A stretch of 64,000 bases of DNA from contig LSRY02000022.1 in the NCBI GenBank assembly GCA_001643675.2, positions 1,315,370 to 1,379,369 on the forward strand, in the 5' to 3' direction. Of the stretch, positions 1 to 11,658 are shown one piece after another (position 1 is the stretch's first letter; the number at the start of each line of letters is the position of its first letter). The notes below the pieces were generated by a model, which worked only from the letters and a program-made list of their open reading frames with translations, was not told where the DNA came from and searched no databases. Both the position numbers and the translations under genes were made by a program. Source of the DNA: Monocercomonoides exilis PA203. Lineage: Eukaryota; Protista; Preaxostyla.

Positions 1-1884
1 ATCCAAAAGCCTTTCGTTCTTTTCTTCTATTCTCCTTTCTTCTTCAATTATCATCCCTGGCATTCTTTTTCTCAATGATGAATCATCAAAAGAATAACAA
101 AAAAAGCTTTTCAATTCCTTACAATATCCAGCTTGCTTCAACAACAAGATTGCGTTTCCCCAAGATAATGTCTTTTCTTCAATCATTTGATTGATTTTAT
201 CTAACTGCTCTTTCTTGAAAACAGATTCAAGTTCCTCGTAATTCATTTCATCCATAAACACATTCACTTCTTCGATAATCTGTTTCTGTTCTGCTTCAGT
301 GAATTGTTCCAACAGTGAAAGTTTCTCTTAAAAATTGGGGGAAAAATATCATAAACAATCATCTGCTCGGAAACACAGACAAACCAAGAAATGTTTGTTT
401 CGTTTATGTTGACTGCGAAAATGCAAAATGAAACCATAACAACATATAAATTCATTTTCGAAATATTTGTAGCGCAGTTGAATCAAAAGAATTAAAAACA
501 CCGTCAAATATCTAATAAAACAGGATTCCAAACCTCTTTTGCCATCATGATTTTTGCTTCAAAACAAGCAAATCATAAAGAAGAAAAACAGATCTCCAAA
601 TCGAACAATTAATAAGGGTGGCAAACCTATAATTTTATAAGTGAAGATTTTCGATTGATGATATGTTGAGATAAAAGTATGTTTGAGCTGCTTAGGTTTA
701 CTTCCACGGATGCAACCATGCGAGTTATTTCACTGCAGAAGGGCAATAATTTTGTTAACAGATGGAGGAGCGAGTGGCTGTTTTCCAATATTGTTTGCGA
801 AAAGTGAATAAGTGTGGGAAATTGCATGAAACTTGAACTTAGCTGTATATTGCAAAACATATGGTGCAACATCGACTGTGATATTTTGAATGAAAAATAA
901 CTCAAGCAAGATGCAGAAAAAGCGAGCAGAATGCAAGAAAGATTGAATTGAACCGCTTGTTCATTTCGAGGGAAATGTGTTTCACTTGGCATTTCTTTTG
1001 CTCAGGACTTATTTTTCATGGGCTTATTGGGGGGAAATTTTCTTTGTGGAAAAGGAAAGAGAATTGAGGGGTTGGATAATGGAGGAAGCGAACAGAACGA
1101 AGCACTCAGCAGGCCTTATCAACAATTTCATTTGCATTTTACACGGAACGTGATGGAATGCTGTCAACAGAGACATGACATTGAATTGGGTTTTGAAAAG
1201 GAGCTTATTTGGAGAATATGTGTTTTCATCAGATATCGCAGCCAACTTCACAATGGATTCTAAGAACAAGAAAACCAGTTTGACAGACAATTACCAATCC
1301 CTTGGAGATGGGAAAATATTTCAAGACCAAAAAGATGGTTTGATTTTTTAATTTCATTCATTTTTCTTTTAAGATGTTCTTTGAATGAATACAGATTGGT
1401 TACGAACAGGAATACCGCAAAGAGAGAGAAGCCTTTTTATCCTTTTTCAAAAGAACAAGAAGTTTTGAGATTATTTTTGTTTGGATTGCATTCAACGATG
1501 ACATTCGTCACTTCTGCCATCTGTTTTGATTGATGCATAACCCGACAATGCTTGATATGAGCTTGAAAGAGAGAGAAAAGCAGTTTATTTGGCTTATTTG
1601 TGAGAGTGTTCGGCAGAAGCGACTCTTTTGTAGGGGCTGATGATTTGGCTGGGCATTCGCATTCAGAGCACATTCAGTTTTTTCTATCGCGAAACATGAC
1701 TTGGAAAAGAAGACATCTTCTATTTTTCTTCACTTTTTCGTTCACCTTCTTCTTCTTTTTCTTCATCACATTTGTCCAAAGATGAATGGAATTCTCATAT
1801 TCTGAATAGAATTGAATCAATTGCAAGCGTTATTTCACCCCAACTTATGCAAAAATACAGACAAGTAATGAAAATGGGAAGGGA

Positions 1885-2085
1885 GAAAGAAGAGAACGAG
1901 AACGAGAACGAGAACGAGAATGAGAATGAAAAAGAAAAAGTGAAAGTGAAAGTGAAAGAAGGAAAGATGAAGAAAAAGAAATAGTTGTCAAAGAAGAAAG
2001 AAAAAAAGGGAAAAGATTTCACGATCAAGAGAAAGAAAAAGAGGAAGGGGAAGAGAAAGAGGAAGAGGAAGAAGAGGAAAATGAT
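1885..2085. repeat. Purine-rich microsatellite/low-complexity tract ((GAGAAC)n, (GTGAAA)n, (GAA/GAG)n)
   Basis: Directly visible simple repeats; they generate spurious ENENEN/KVKVK ORFs. Confidence 0.8.
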
Positions 2086-2599
2086 CGAATTTATTTTAGA
2101 CTACAAACACTTAAAAAGATCAACGGAATGAGAGAATTTTCATTGACAAAAATAAAAAAAAAGATGATAAGAAGAAAAAACATCATAAAAACAAAACCAC
2201 ACTCGGAAAATCAAGCGAAGAAGTATATTTCTCCCTTGCCACTAATTCTCCGGATGCGTTGCTTGATCATTAACTTATGAGATTTTGAGGATATAAGAAG
2301 AAGAAGCGAAGGCAGAAGGAAAGGGAGAAGAAGGAAAACGAGAAAGAAGTTATATTTCATAAGATTATTTGTGCAAAGAGGGACAGAACTTTGACAGAGA
2401 AAAGAGAGATGGAGAGAAAAGAATAAACTGTCAAAGAGGAAGAAAGAAGGATAAAGATGAATGGAAATGAGGAAAAGGAAGAAATAAAGGAAAATTGAAT
2501 TGAAAAAGATAAAGAGAAAAATTATCAAAACGTATTTTCATGTTTCTATCAACAAAATAACAACTGTATTCTCAGAAAATTTTGTTTCCTTTAACTTTT

Positions 2600-2707
2600 C
2601 TCCATCGTCATCATCTTCCTCTTCGTTTATTTTTCTTCTTCTTCTCCACCTCAAAATAAATCAAAACCTCCTTCGCCTCCTCCTCCTCATCCTCTTCTTC
2701 TTCTTCC

Positions 2708-2742
<35 letters not shown>

Positions 2743-3640
2743 CTCTTCTTCTTCTTCCTCTTCCTCTTCCTCTTCCTCTTTTTCTTCTCATTTTTCTTTT
2801 TTTTCAGCACATACAAAATCTCCTCCTTCTCCTTCTCTTTCGGTTTTAGACGAAGCTTATCCTTTTTGAAACCATGCTCCCATTTTGTCTACTCTTTCTT
2901 CGATTTCTTCTGCTTCTTCTCATGTTTATTCTCCTCTTCCTTTTCCTCTTCTATCTCCTCCAGCCCCGCCTCCACTAGCCTCCTTAGAAATAACTTCCCT
3001 TCTACACATGCTGCTATCACTCGCTCCATCACATCGTCATCCAGCTTCACTACTGCACGCCTCGACTTCTGCTAAAGGGATTACAGCAGTGCAACCTCCG
3101 ACGGAAGCAACGACGGGTCAAACAGATCGTAGATCGACGGGAACGCATCCACATCTGCAGCTGCAAAGATCCGCTTCCTCCCCAACTTTGTGCCCACCGA
3201 CGCTGCAAGCGACGGAAGAGGTATCGCCAGCGGAACCGAAAGCATTGCTGAAAATTCCGCATCGTGTGTATACGCGACATCCCCACACAGCACCTCCAGC
3301 TGCGTCGCGCCATATCCCTCGAAGCATCTACAGCGCTCTCAATAATGACTTCTTATGATTTGCGCACACATCACATTCTTCAGGCAACACTATCTGAATC
3401 CGTCTCTCAATGTCGTCCATCGCTGCTTCCGAAGTGTATGACTCTGTTACTGTCGACGCATACAAAGGGTCAATCGCAGTTGCTGAAAATACTGAAGATA
3501 ACTGCTAATCTCCTGTTGCCTTCTTCTCTTCGCTTCTCCGCTTCCTGAATGGCGAAGTTGATCGGAGTGCTGCTCCAGTTGAAGAAGCGGAAGATGCGGA
3601 ATTAGATGAAATAAAGTGAAGAAGATAAAGATGCTGTGCA
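2600..3640 (-). pseudogene. Possible decayed coding fragment, no recognisable family
   Basis: GC-elevated segment (3050-3640) with overlapping short ORFs in different minus frames, running into a Glu/Lys-rich tract; interrupted by stops and frameshifts. Could instead be intron-containing exons. Confidence 0.3.
2665..2800. repeat. (CTT/CCT)n microsatellite; reads as poly-Glu-like on the minus strand
   Basis: Run of CTTCTT/CTCTTC trinucleotides. Confidence 0.85.
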
Positions 3641-4345
3641 AAGAGACGATCGACGCTCAGTTCAAGTCATTCGATGCATTTTTAGATTATTCATTCGCGT
3701 CAGACAGATGCTCCACTGGCGACACAAATGCAACATCTTCATTCGGTTCTGAAAGGTTGATCAACATCGAAAGATTTTCATTTTTGAGCGATAGAGAGAA
3801 AGATGGAATGCAATTTCTTTTGGTAATGCATTGAAAAAATAAACAAAAAGAAAAGCGAAAAACAAATGAAAAAACAAAAACAGCTGAAGAAATGAAACAA
3901 AACTGATCTTCAAATGAAAAACGATTGTTAAATTGTATTTCAATGTAATTATTTTTATGTTCAGATTGATTATGTTTCTTTTCTTTCTTTCTATTTTTTT
4001 TATTCATGAAAACGCGCGATATTTTTTATCCTTTTGGAAAAAATTTATTGTTTTGAATTGTTTTTGCAGAGTCATTGGAAGAAATAATTGAAACAAACCA
4101 GAAAAGTTAAAATGGTGTATTGATAATAGAAAATCAATTGAATTGAACGAAAAAATGTTGATGATGAATTATAATTGGTGTGTGAAATGAAACAAATCTT
4201 TGAATTACATTTCAACAAATAATCACACATTCAATGCGATTAATGAGGAAGAAAAGATAAGAAAAACACTATGATATTCACAAATATATGCTTTATGAAA
4301 TGAAAATAAAGCAAAATTGCTCTGAAAGAATTGGAAATCTCAATT

Positions 4346-6817
4346 CTACTCCTGGGTGCTCATTTCTTGTTCTTTGCTTCCCTCGTTGTCTCCATCTTTG
4401 TTGCTTTTGGCCTTCTTTTTCTTGACAATCACAATAACAACAACAATCACAACAACTGCAACAACAACAACAACAACTATTGGAACAACAATTGCAACAA
4501 CAGTTCCAGCATTTGGTTTCTTATCTTCTGGAGAAAGATCTTCTGTCTTCTTCAAATATTTCTCATACACATCAGTTGGTTCTGATTCTTCATCTTTTGC
4601 TCCCACAATCCAGCCGGCTGTTGAATTGTCATAATCATTCGCAAACTCAAATGCATCTTTTTGTTTGCAGAATTCTTCAAAATCTGGGGCAACGATGAAC
4701 AGAGAAGTTGATTTTGAGCCAGCTGTGTTTGAGCTGTCTATCTCCAGGTTGTTTGATGATGGAAGCTGAAGATTCGATGTTGCATTGAGCATGGAAATAA
4801 ATATTGCTCCTGATTTCCCTTCTGGTGCTGAACATGACTTGAATGAACATTTGCTTGACCTTCCAATAGCCACTGTTGACTCTTCCGAACTCAAAGAAAT
4901 CTCCAAGCCAGCTGTATTTCCATTCTTTGAATTGGCTTCACGAATGTTCAATCCCTCAACAACAATTTTCCCGGCTTCGACTCCTGGATCCGAAATATAA
5001 ATTGCAGAATCGTCTGAAAATTTGACATTGCTGATCTCCACTCCATTCGCAGACGCTTCTATTACCTCTTTAAAAGTAAATGGCGATGTCAAAAACGAAA
5101 CTGTTTTTCCATCATCTGTGCATGCGACAGTGTTCAACGAAACTTTCCCCCTCCAAACGCTCACAAGACTGCCTACAACAACATCATCCCCATCAGCATT
5201 TATCGTCATTTTCTCTGGCAATTGGGCTGCAACTCTAACAAATCGGCAATTGTTGATCGTGAGTGAGGTTGACATCATATTTCCTAAAATCAAAAAATTC
5301 CATTTTTTCTCTGATGTGGGAAAGTTGAATGCCAAATACTTGAATTCCACTTCTTTTTCACATGTGAATAAAGCACTTGAAGCTCGAACATCGCAATCAA
5401 TAGCCACTTCTGCATTTCCATTTCCGTCGCTGTTCACTCCTTCAATGATTATTCCACGGCTCTTGCTAAATGTAATTACTTCAGCTTCAAGTGGATCGTC
5501 GGATTTTAATATTGCAATTCTAAATGTATCTTCTCTTGCGATCATTCCCAACAATTCGTTGGCCTCCTTCAAACTGAAAATTGGTCTTTCCAAGCTTTCA
5601 CCATTCCCAGTGCCTCCAGACTTCGCATAAATCTTTGAAGCATCTTGCGATGGAGGCAGTAAAGGATCTAAATACTTGGATACAAAATCAATTTCTTCGT
5701 AGTTATTATTTTCAATTCCAGCTACATTCCACTTGTTACCTCTTCGTGTGTAATTAGCTGCAAAACTCTTCTTCATTGCATCTGCAATGTCTTCGAATAA
5801 TGAGTCATTAGCCATCTCTAAACACAACCCAACGTTCCTTTTTGATTCGCTTTCTCCTGCTGTGCATCTGTCAAATATCAGATTCGTTCCGTCTTCGGGC
5901 CATTTAATCTGACTTGCTGATTCAATTGCAAGCGTTCGTAGATATATTCCTCCAGAACCTTGATTATTCTTGCAACTGCAAGATGAAAAAGTGGTGACGC
6001 CTTCATCTCCAACGGTAAATGTGCTTTCGCCATTTTTGAAGCTAACATACAATGATCCGTAACGAAATGCTTCGCATTCAATAAAATTGCTTCCATTCAA
6101 TGTGACATCACATTTATTGTTACATGTGATCTGAATAACAGATAACGCACTTGTCTCAACTTTCTTCAAAGTTATATTTGACAATATCACTGTTTGAGTG
6201 TCATGTGCCATAAACAGTTCGTTCTCCGATGCTAATGCAGTTGATTCATCCGCGCACTCAACTGAGACCATCGTCAATGATCCTTCAGATGAGTACACAA
6301 GATAAATATCAGTGAAACATCCTTCACCTTCTGGCCGAATAAATCTGCAGTTGCTAATTGACAAGGATGCCATAGAACTGTGTATCAAATCAAACGATCC
6401 ATACTCTTGGCTTTCATTTCTCATCGTTGTTGGGAAGTGAAACGCCAAGTATTTGAATTCCACATCACAATAGCAATTAAATAGATTACTTCCTGTATGA
6501 ACGTAACAATCTATTGCCACTTCAGTGTTCCCATTTCCATCGCTATTCACTCCTTCGATCGTAATTCCTTTGTTCTTTTCGAAGGTTATCGCTTCTGCAG
6601 TCAATGGGTTATCGTCATAAACAATTTTCATGTGGCATGCGCTGTCATTGGTCAGCAGATTATATGCATCTATCAATGATGGCTTTTCCTTCCTAATCTC
6701 CAATCCGCTGTTTTCATCTTTCCCGCTTTGCTTCACATATACTGTTGATGTTGCTGATGACTCTTCTTGTGAGTAAATAGATATCATAATTTTGAAAAGA
6801 ATTAATCCCAAAAACAT
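4346..6817 (-). CDS. Hypothetical type-I membrane/cell-surface protein, 823 aa, two ~370-aa internal repeats with beta-helix-like character
   Basis: Only long ORF in the window. The ORF track starts at GTG 6829; the first ATG is at 6817 (MFLGLILFKIMISIYSQ, signal-peptide-like). Duplicated block GITIEGVNSDGNGNTEVAIDC..VEFKYLAFHFPT vs GIIIEGVNSDGNGNAEVAIDC..VEFKYLAFNFPT; periodic SISNCRF/TFSSCS/SFKSCS motifs; Val/Ile TM helix followed by KKKK and a short tail; TAG stop. Confidence 0.9.
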   Translation of the reverse strand: MFLGLILFKIMISIYSQEESSATSTVYVKQSGKDENSGLEIRKEKPSLIDAYNLLTNDSACHMKIVYDDNPLTAEAITFEKNKGITIEGVNSDGNGNTEVAIDCYVHTGSNLFNCYCDVEFKYLAFHFPTTMRNESQEYGSFDLIHSSMASLSISNCRFIRPEGEGCFTDIYLVYSSEGSLTMVSVECADESTALASENELFMAHDTQTVILSNITLKKVETSALSVIQITCNNKCDVTLNGSNFIECEAFRYGSLYVSFKNGESTFTVGDEGVTTFSSCSCKNNQGSGGIYLRTLAIESASQIKWPEDGTNLIFDRCTAGESESKRNVGLCLEMANDSLFEDIADAMKKSFAANYTRRGNKWNVAGIENNNYEEIDFVSKYLDPLLPPSQDASKIYAKSGGTGNGESLERPIFSLKEANELLGMIAREDTFRIAILKSDDPLEAEVITFSKSRGIIIEGVNSDGNGNAEVAIDCDVRASSALFTCEKEVEFKYLAFNFPTSEKKWNFLILGNMMSTSLTINNCRFVRVAAQLPEKMTINADGDDVVVGSLVSVWRGKVSLNTVACTDDGKTVSFLTSPFTFKEVIEASANGVEISNVKFSDDSAIYISDPGVEAGKIVVEGLNIREANSKNGNTAGLEISLSSEESTVAIGRSSKCSFKSCSAPEGKSGAIFISMLNATSNLQLPSSNNLEIDSSNTAGSKSTSLFIVAPDFEEFCKQKDAFEFANDYDNSTAGWIVGAKDEESEPTDVYEKYLKKTEDLSPEDKKPNAGTVVAIVVPIVVVVVVAVVVIVVVIVIVKKKKAKSNKDGDNEGSKEQEMSTQE

Positions 6818-8789
6818 TCTTAAAAGCACTTTTCAATAAAACACTATTTTGATCAATTTTTATATAACTTTGATATAGATCAGTGAAAAAGTTTTTGAAT
6901 CTCTTTTCAAAGAATAATACTATTTTAAGCAACGAATAAATAAGAAATAATATGACATAATTATTCAAAGCAAACTTATTTTATACAACAAATGTCAAAT
7001 CAATGAAAAAACATTTATATGAAATATTGTTTGTTTGTTTAATAACGTTTTTTTCTTTAACTTTATAAGTGATGAAGTCAATGTTCAAAAAATTTAGAAA
7101 TCTATCGCTTTTACACAGGATCAGCAATTTGACACTCCCAAATTTCAAAACTGGCACTGAAGTTTTATTGCTCCCAACAACACTTCTTTGAAAATATAAA
7201 TGTCTTCCATTGGTTCCAAAACAGGGAACTTTATATGAAACTGAAGATTAATTATATTTTTCATTAAAAAAAATTTTTTTTTTCAATTTTAACTTTGTTG
7301 GACAATAAATATATTAGCTCTTGCATGTTTGTTTTCAAACGGTTTCAAAACTGATGAAATAATTGAAAAACCATTCAACTACATAGAAAACTGTAAGAAA
7401 ATGTTTCTTTGCACATCTAAAACACTTCTGAACAACAATAAAGATGCAGTCAACAGCAAATTGAACAAATGATTAATCGCTTTTCATTTCATATTCTTTT
7501 TTTTCTTCTTGCTTTTTCTTTTTCAAGAAGTAGTTTTCATGAGCCTTCTTTTTTTTGTGTGTGTGATTATTGGAGAAATGCATCTTGTCATCATTCAAAC
7601 GTGTCTCACTCTTGAAGCTGTTAAACGTTTTGCTTTCCCCTTGTTTTTAATGATTGATTCTTTAAATTTTTCTTCTTCAAATGCATCTTTATCATCTTGA
7701 AGAATATCCAGCATACTTCTTTTTTCTGATTTGGTGTGTAATTATGGATTTTCAAGCTTTTTATGTCCAAAGCATGAAAAAATAGTTTCACTTATTACAT
7801 TTTTCAACTTCACCAGATTTCAAAAAATTTTTGATTTTCATAACTGTAAACAAACATCATTGACATAATAACATTATATTTTGTGACCTCACATGCATTT
7901 CAAAAAAGAAACTAATTTTATTTTGTTGCGTTAATCTCAAAAATTTAATCTTATATGAATAATTATTCAATGAAAATTCCTGAAGTCTAATATTTTGTTG
8001 CAAATAAGAAATAATCTGATTTATTTGTTTCATTGATCATCCTTATTCATTGTCGCAATTTGAATTATTAAGAAAATCAATGAATTAAATAAGTTAGAAC
8101 TATGTCTTTAAAATAAGAACTCTTTTCTTTCGTGATAACATTTTCTTATTAATAATAATATTTTTTCTTTCAAAACGTCGAAAGTTGGATAATCAAAACA
8201 TTTTTTAATTGTTTCGATTGATTTCTTCACTTGGCTGATCCTTTTTGAAATCATAAAAAATTCCGACGTTTGATCATAAAAAATTTTCATTAAGTGTGGG
8301 GTTGATAAGAAAAAATTTTTGTTAAATAATTCAAAAATCTGCATTCATATATTGTTAATATAATTTATTTGTTCGTTTAAAATTGTTTGCAATTGTTGTT
8401 ATTTCAAATTTTGAAAAAAATATAAAAAATTTATTGGAAAACATCGATAATTCAATAAACACAACAAAACATTTTTTTTATCATTAATATAACATGAAAA
8501 CAACAATAACAATATGAAATCAATAATTATTTAATATGAAAATTAGTTTAATGAGTTATTACAAAGAAATTTTAAAAATGAAATTGAAGATTCTAAAACA
8601 TTTGTTGAAAACAAACAATTTTCATTTACACAAATGAAAAATATAATAGTTAAACTAGATATTTATCAGATATGCAACAATTAGAAGTTGATATTAGCTT
8701 GGAAATAAATAATACTTTAAAGAAGTTATTTTTATAAATTGATCAAAATTATTTTTTGAAATTACAAAGAAATAATGAAAAATTAAAGA

Positions 8790-9620
8790 AAATACAAAAA
8801 CATCTGCTTTTTTCACTCAAAAAGGCCACAACTGTAATGACCTCATCTTTCACATCCTCTGTTATTCTTTTTTCCATCCTTCCACAATTCAATCTTCTGC
8901 CTCCTTGAAGGGTTCCTTGCTGCATCATCATTCCTCTATTCTCTTTAGAATCAGCTTCACTCCCTCAACTCCACTCTGCTTTGTGCAAATAAAAGAACCA
9001 TTCGCCTCTTCGACATATCATCCAATTTCCTTTGCATCCCCCACCCGGCTCCTTGCGCTCTCAACGCTTTTTCCCTCATTCTCTTCCGCACCATCATCTC
9101 CACACTTTGTGCGGCCTCTCAAATTCTTGTGCTCAATGCTGACTCTGGTTGCTTTCCCGAGCATCTTCTCTCCAAATATCTCATTATTGCAGCAGAAAAC
9201 ATTATTCTTCTCTATCTCCTGAGCAATCACATATTCTTCTCTTCCTTTTCACCAAAAAAGTGAGAAAATTCATTAAGAATTATTCACTCCGTTTTTGACT
9301 TCCCTCTCGAATGTCTTGCTTTGAATAAGCGTTCGTATCATCATCCATGAATTCACCAACAAAAGCAATGCTATGAAAAATAACCGCTTTTTCTGTGGAT
9401 TCCTCATTTGCTCTTCTCATTCCAAACTCAGCATTGCATCTCTTTGAGGAGGTGAAGGGAAGCTCCAAAACTTCTGTCTGAATTAACAACCGTGAATGTT
9501 CCCTCAACTGTATCACATCTCAGCACTCTTCCGCTCTCTTCGAATCTGCACTTAAAAACTCTCGTGAAAAAAGCAATTGACAGGATGGCTCAGACATCCA
9601 AGGATTGCTTCTTTCTTCAT
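8790..9620 (-). pseudogene. Decayed coding-like fragment, unknown family
   Basis: Higher-GC block with several short minus-strand ORFs (9280-9516, 9018-9230, 8749-8931) in differing frames separated by stops. Confidence 0.3.
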
Positions 9621-10249
9621 TGCGGCGTGTTGTTCAGGTCAATCAACACATTACTCTTCAAACTTCTTTCATTTTTCTTTTCATTTTCATTGTTTTTCAA
9701 ATATCTTCAATTTATTTTCTCTTCTTATTTCTTTCTTTTTCTCTGCAAAACAATTACTTCTATCTCTTTGTCCTTATTCTCTTCAAGAACAATTGAAATA
9801 TTCTTCTCATTTTCAACAATTTTGTTTTCTTCAGAAATACCCTCTTTCATTCTAATAAAACATCTTATTCAGAAGCAAAAAATGTGAAAATTCAACAAAT
9901 GAAACGATAGATGATGATTATTGAGTGTGATATGATGTTTGTGGATATAAAGAAGAAGAAGATGATGATGAAGATGAAGAAGAAGAAGAAAATCTTCATA
10001 TGCTGAAAATCGGTGAATTTGAGGAAGATAAAGGCGGTTTTGCAATGAAAATGATGTGTGTCGCATTTGAACACGTTTAAGCAGCTATCTCTTTCTCTTC
10101 CTCAGGAGAAAAAGATGAATCCACAAAAGAGCAGCAAATTTCGGAACAGAAACATTCAGCTTTACAGCAATCAATAAACCATGAAGATTACTAAATGGAA
10201 GATGACACAAAAGAAGATAAAATAATTGTTGCTTTGTTGTTTCAGATGT

Positions 10250-11658
10250 TGCTCCTTGAAATTATCAAGATAAGAATGAATATGACTTTTTATTCAACAC
10301 TTCTTTGAACGACTCTGGTGCATGTGTGTTCGCTGCAACCTTCTCAGTCTCTTCTTCAGCTTTCTATTTCACACTCTCTTCTTTTAATCATCCTCGCGTG
10401 TATCTTTTTCTTTCTTCTTTTCCATTGTTGACTCTCTCTTTCTCTCTCTCTCGCTAAAACTCAAAGCAGCTGAAACAGTTAAACATTGAAATATTCATGT
10501 TCTTCTTCCTCCTCTTTTGACATTTTGAGAATGACAACATTCATGTTTACTTTTTTTCTCCTTCTTTTTTGTTTTGAGTGCACTTTCTTTCAGTATTTCA
10601 TCTAAAAAGCTTTCAAATTAAACTTCCTATCTGTTTAAAACCAGATCTTTTCGAATTCGCAGCGCCTTCATTATCCAAACAACAAGAGGCGATTCGAAAT
10701 GTCCCTTCATCAACACCTTCCTCTTGTTCGCTTCACTTTCGAAGTTCGATTCGCTTATATAAATCTTCATCTTTGTCAGATTTGAGATAAACGCCTTTCT
10801 CTTCTTCTTGACCTGCTCCAGCTCCTTCTTCTGCTCGTCTTCGAGCTTTTCCCGCTCTTTCTCTGAATTCTCCCACTCTTCCTCCAGAGACTCCTTTCTC
10901 TTCTTCACTGCCTCTTCCTTCTGCATCTTCTCCATCTTCAGCTGTATCGCTTTCTCTTCCTCAATTCGATCGATGCGGCTTGGAATGGTTGACAATTTTG
11001 GCTCGGGAAAGCAAAATAGGCAAAGGAATGGGGTGATTCATTTGATAAGTGGGAGTTTGAATGTAGGTGGAAGAAGGAGAAAAGATCACATTGAAAGAGG
11101 GGGAAAAGTGATTGATGTGAAAAAGACAAAGCATTGGCAATCTGATTGTTATCAGATGAAATTGGTTCTGATGGAAGAAGGAGATGATGAAGATAATGAA
11201 GAAGAAGAGAAGGATGTTGATGCAGTTGATTGAAGTGTTTATTGAAGCGTTGACTGAGGAGTCTGATTTATTCCAACTAACGTTGCGTAATGACATTTTG
11301 TTTGTGAAAAGATGATCTGTTTATTCTAAATGATTCTCTTTCATTTTCTTCTCTCAGCTCCCTTTCTTTCATTCAACTCAGTTTTTCGTTTGTTTTCTTC
11401 TTCGATTTCAACAAGAACTCCTTTCTCTCCTTCTTCCTTTCGTTCTCCTCCTCTTCCACTCCTCTCACCACATCCACATCTTTCACTTCCTCCTCAAACC
11501 ACTTGCCATCTACAAGCGGAATATCGCCAGCTGACATCAGAGTCAGTATCCTTTCAGGTGCCAGCGATAAAAACAGCGAAAGATAATCTGTGTTCTTCTT
11601 CTCCTCTTTCCTCGTCTTTATCCCTTCCAATGTCTCACGAAAGTAGTTTCTTGGAGCC
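10250..11658 (-). pseudogene. Fragmented coiled-coil (Glu/Lys-rich) gene remnant abutting the satellite array
   Basis: Minus ORFs 11373-11630 and 10627-10995 (EEEWENSEKEREKLEDEQKKELEQ) look protein-like but shift frame or stop; the 5' side runs into the array boundary at ~11659. Confidence 0.4.

Noticed and set aside
1-1800. Possible gene or transposase remnants at the window start
   Set aside because: Only short ORFs with many stops in all frames; no recognisable motif.
4331-6679. Plus-strand ORFs (e.g. 5022-5630, 202 aa)
   Set aside because: Antisense shadows of the 823-aa gene.
6970-8760. AT-rich region with short ORFs
   Set aside because: No coherent frame, repeats or termini that I can support.
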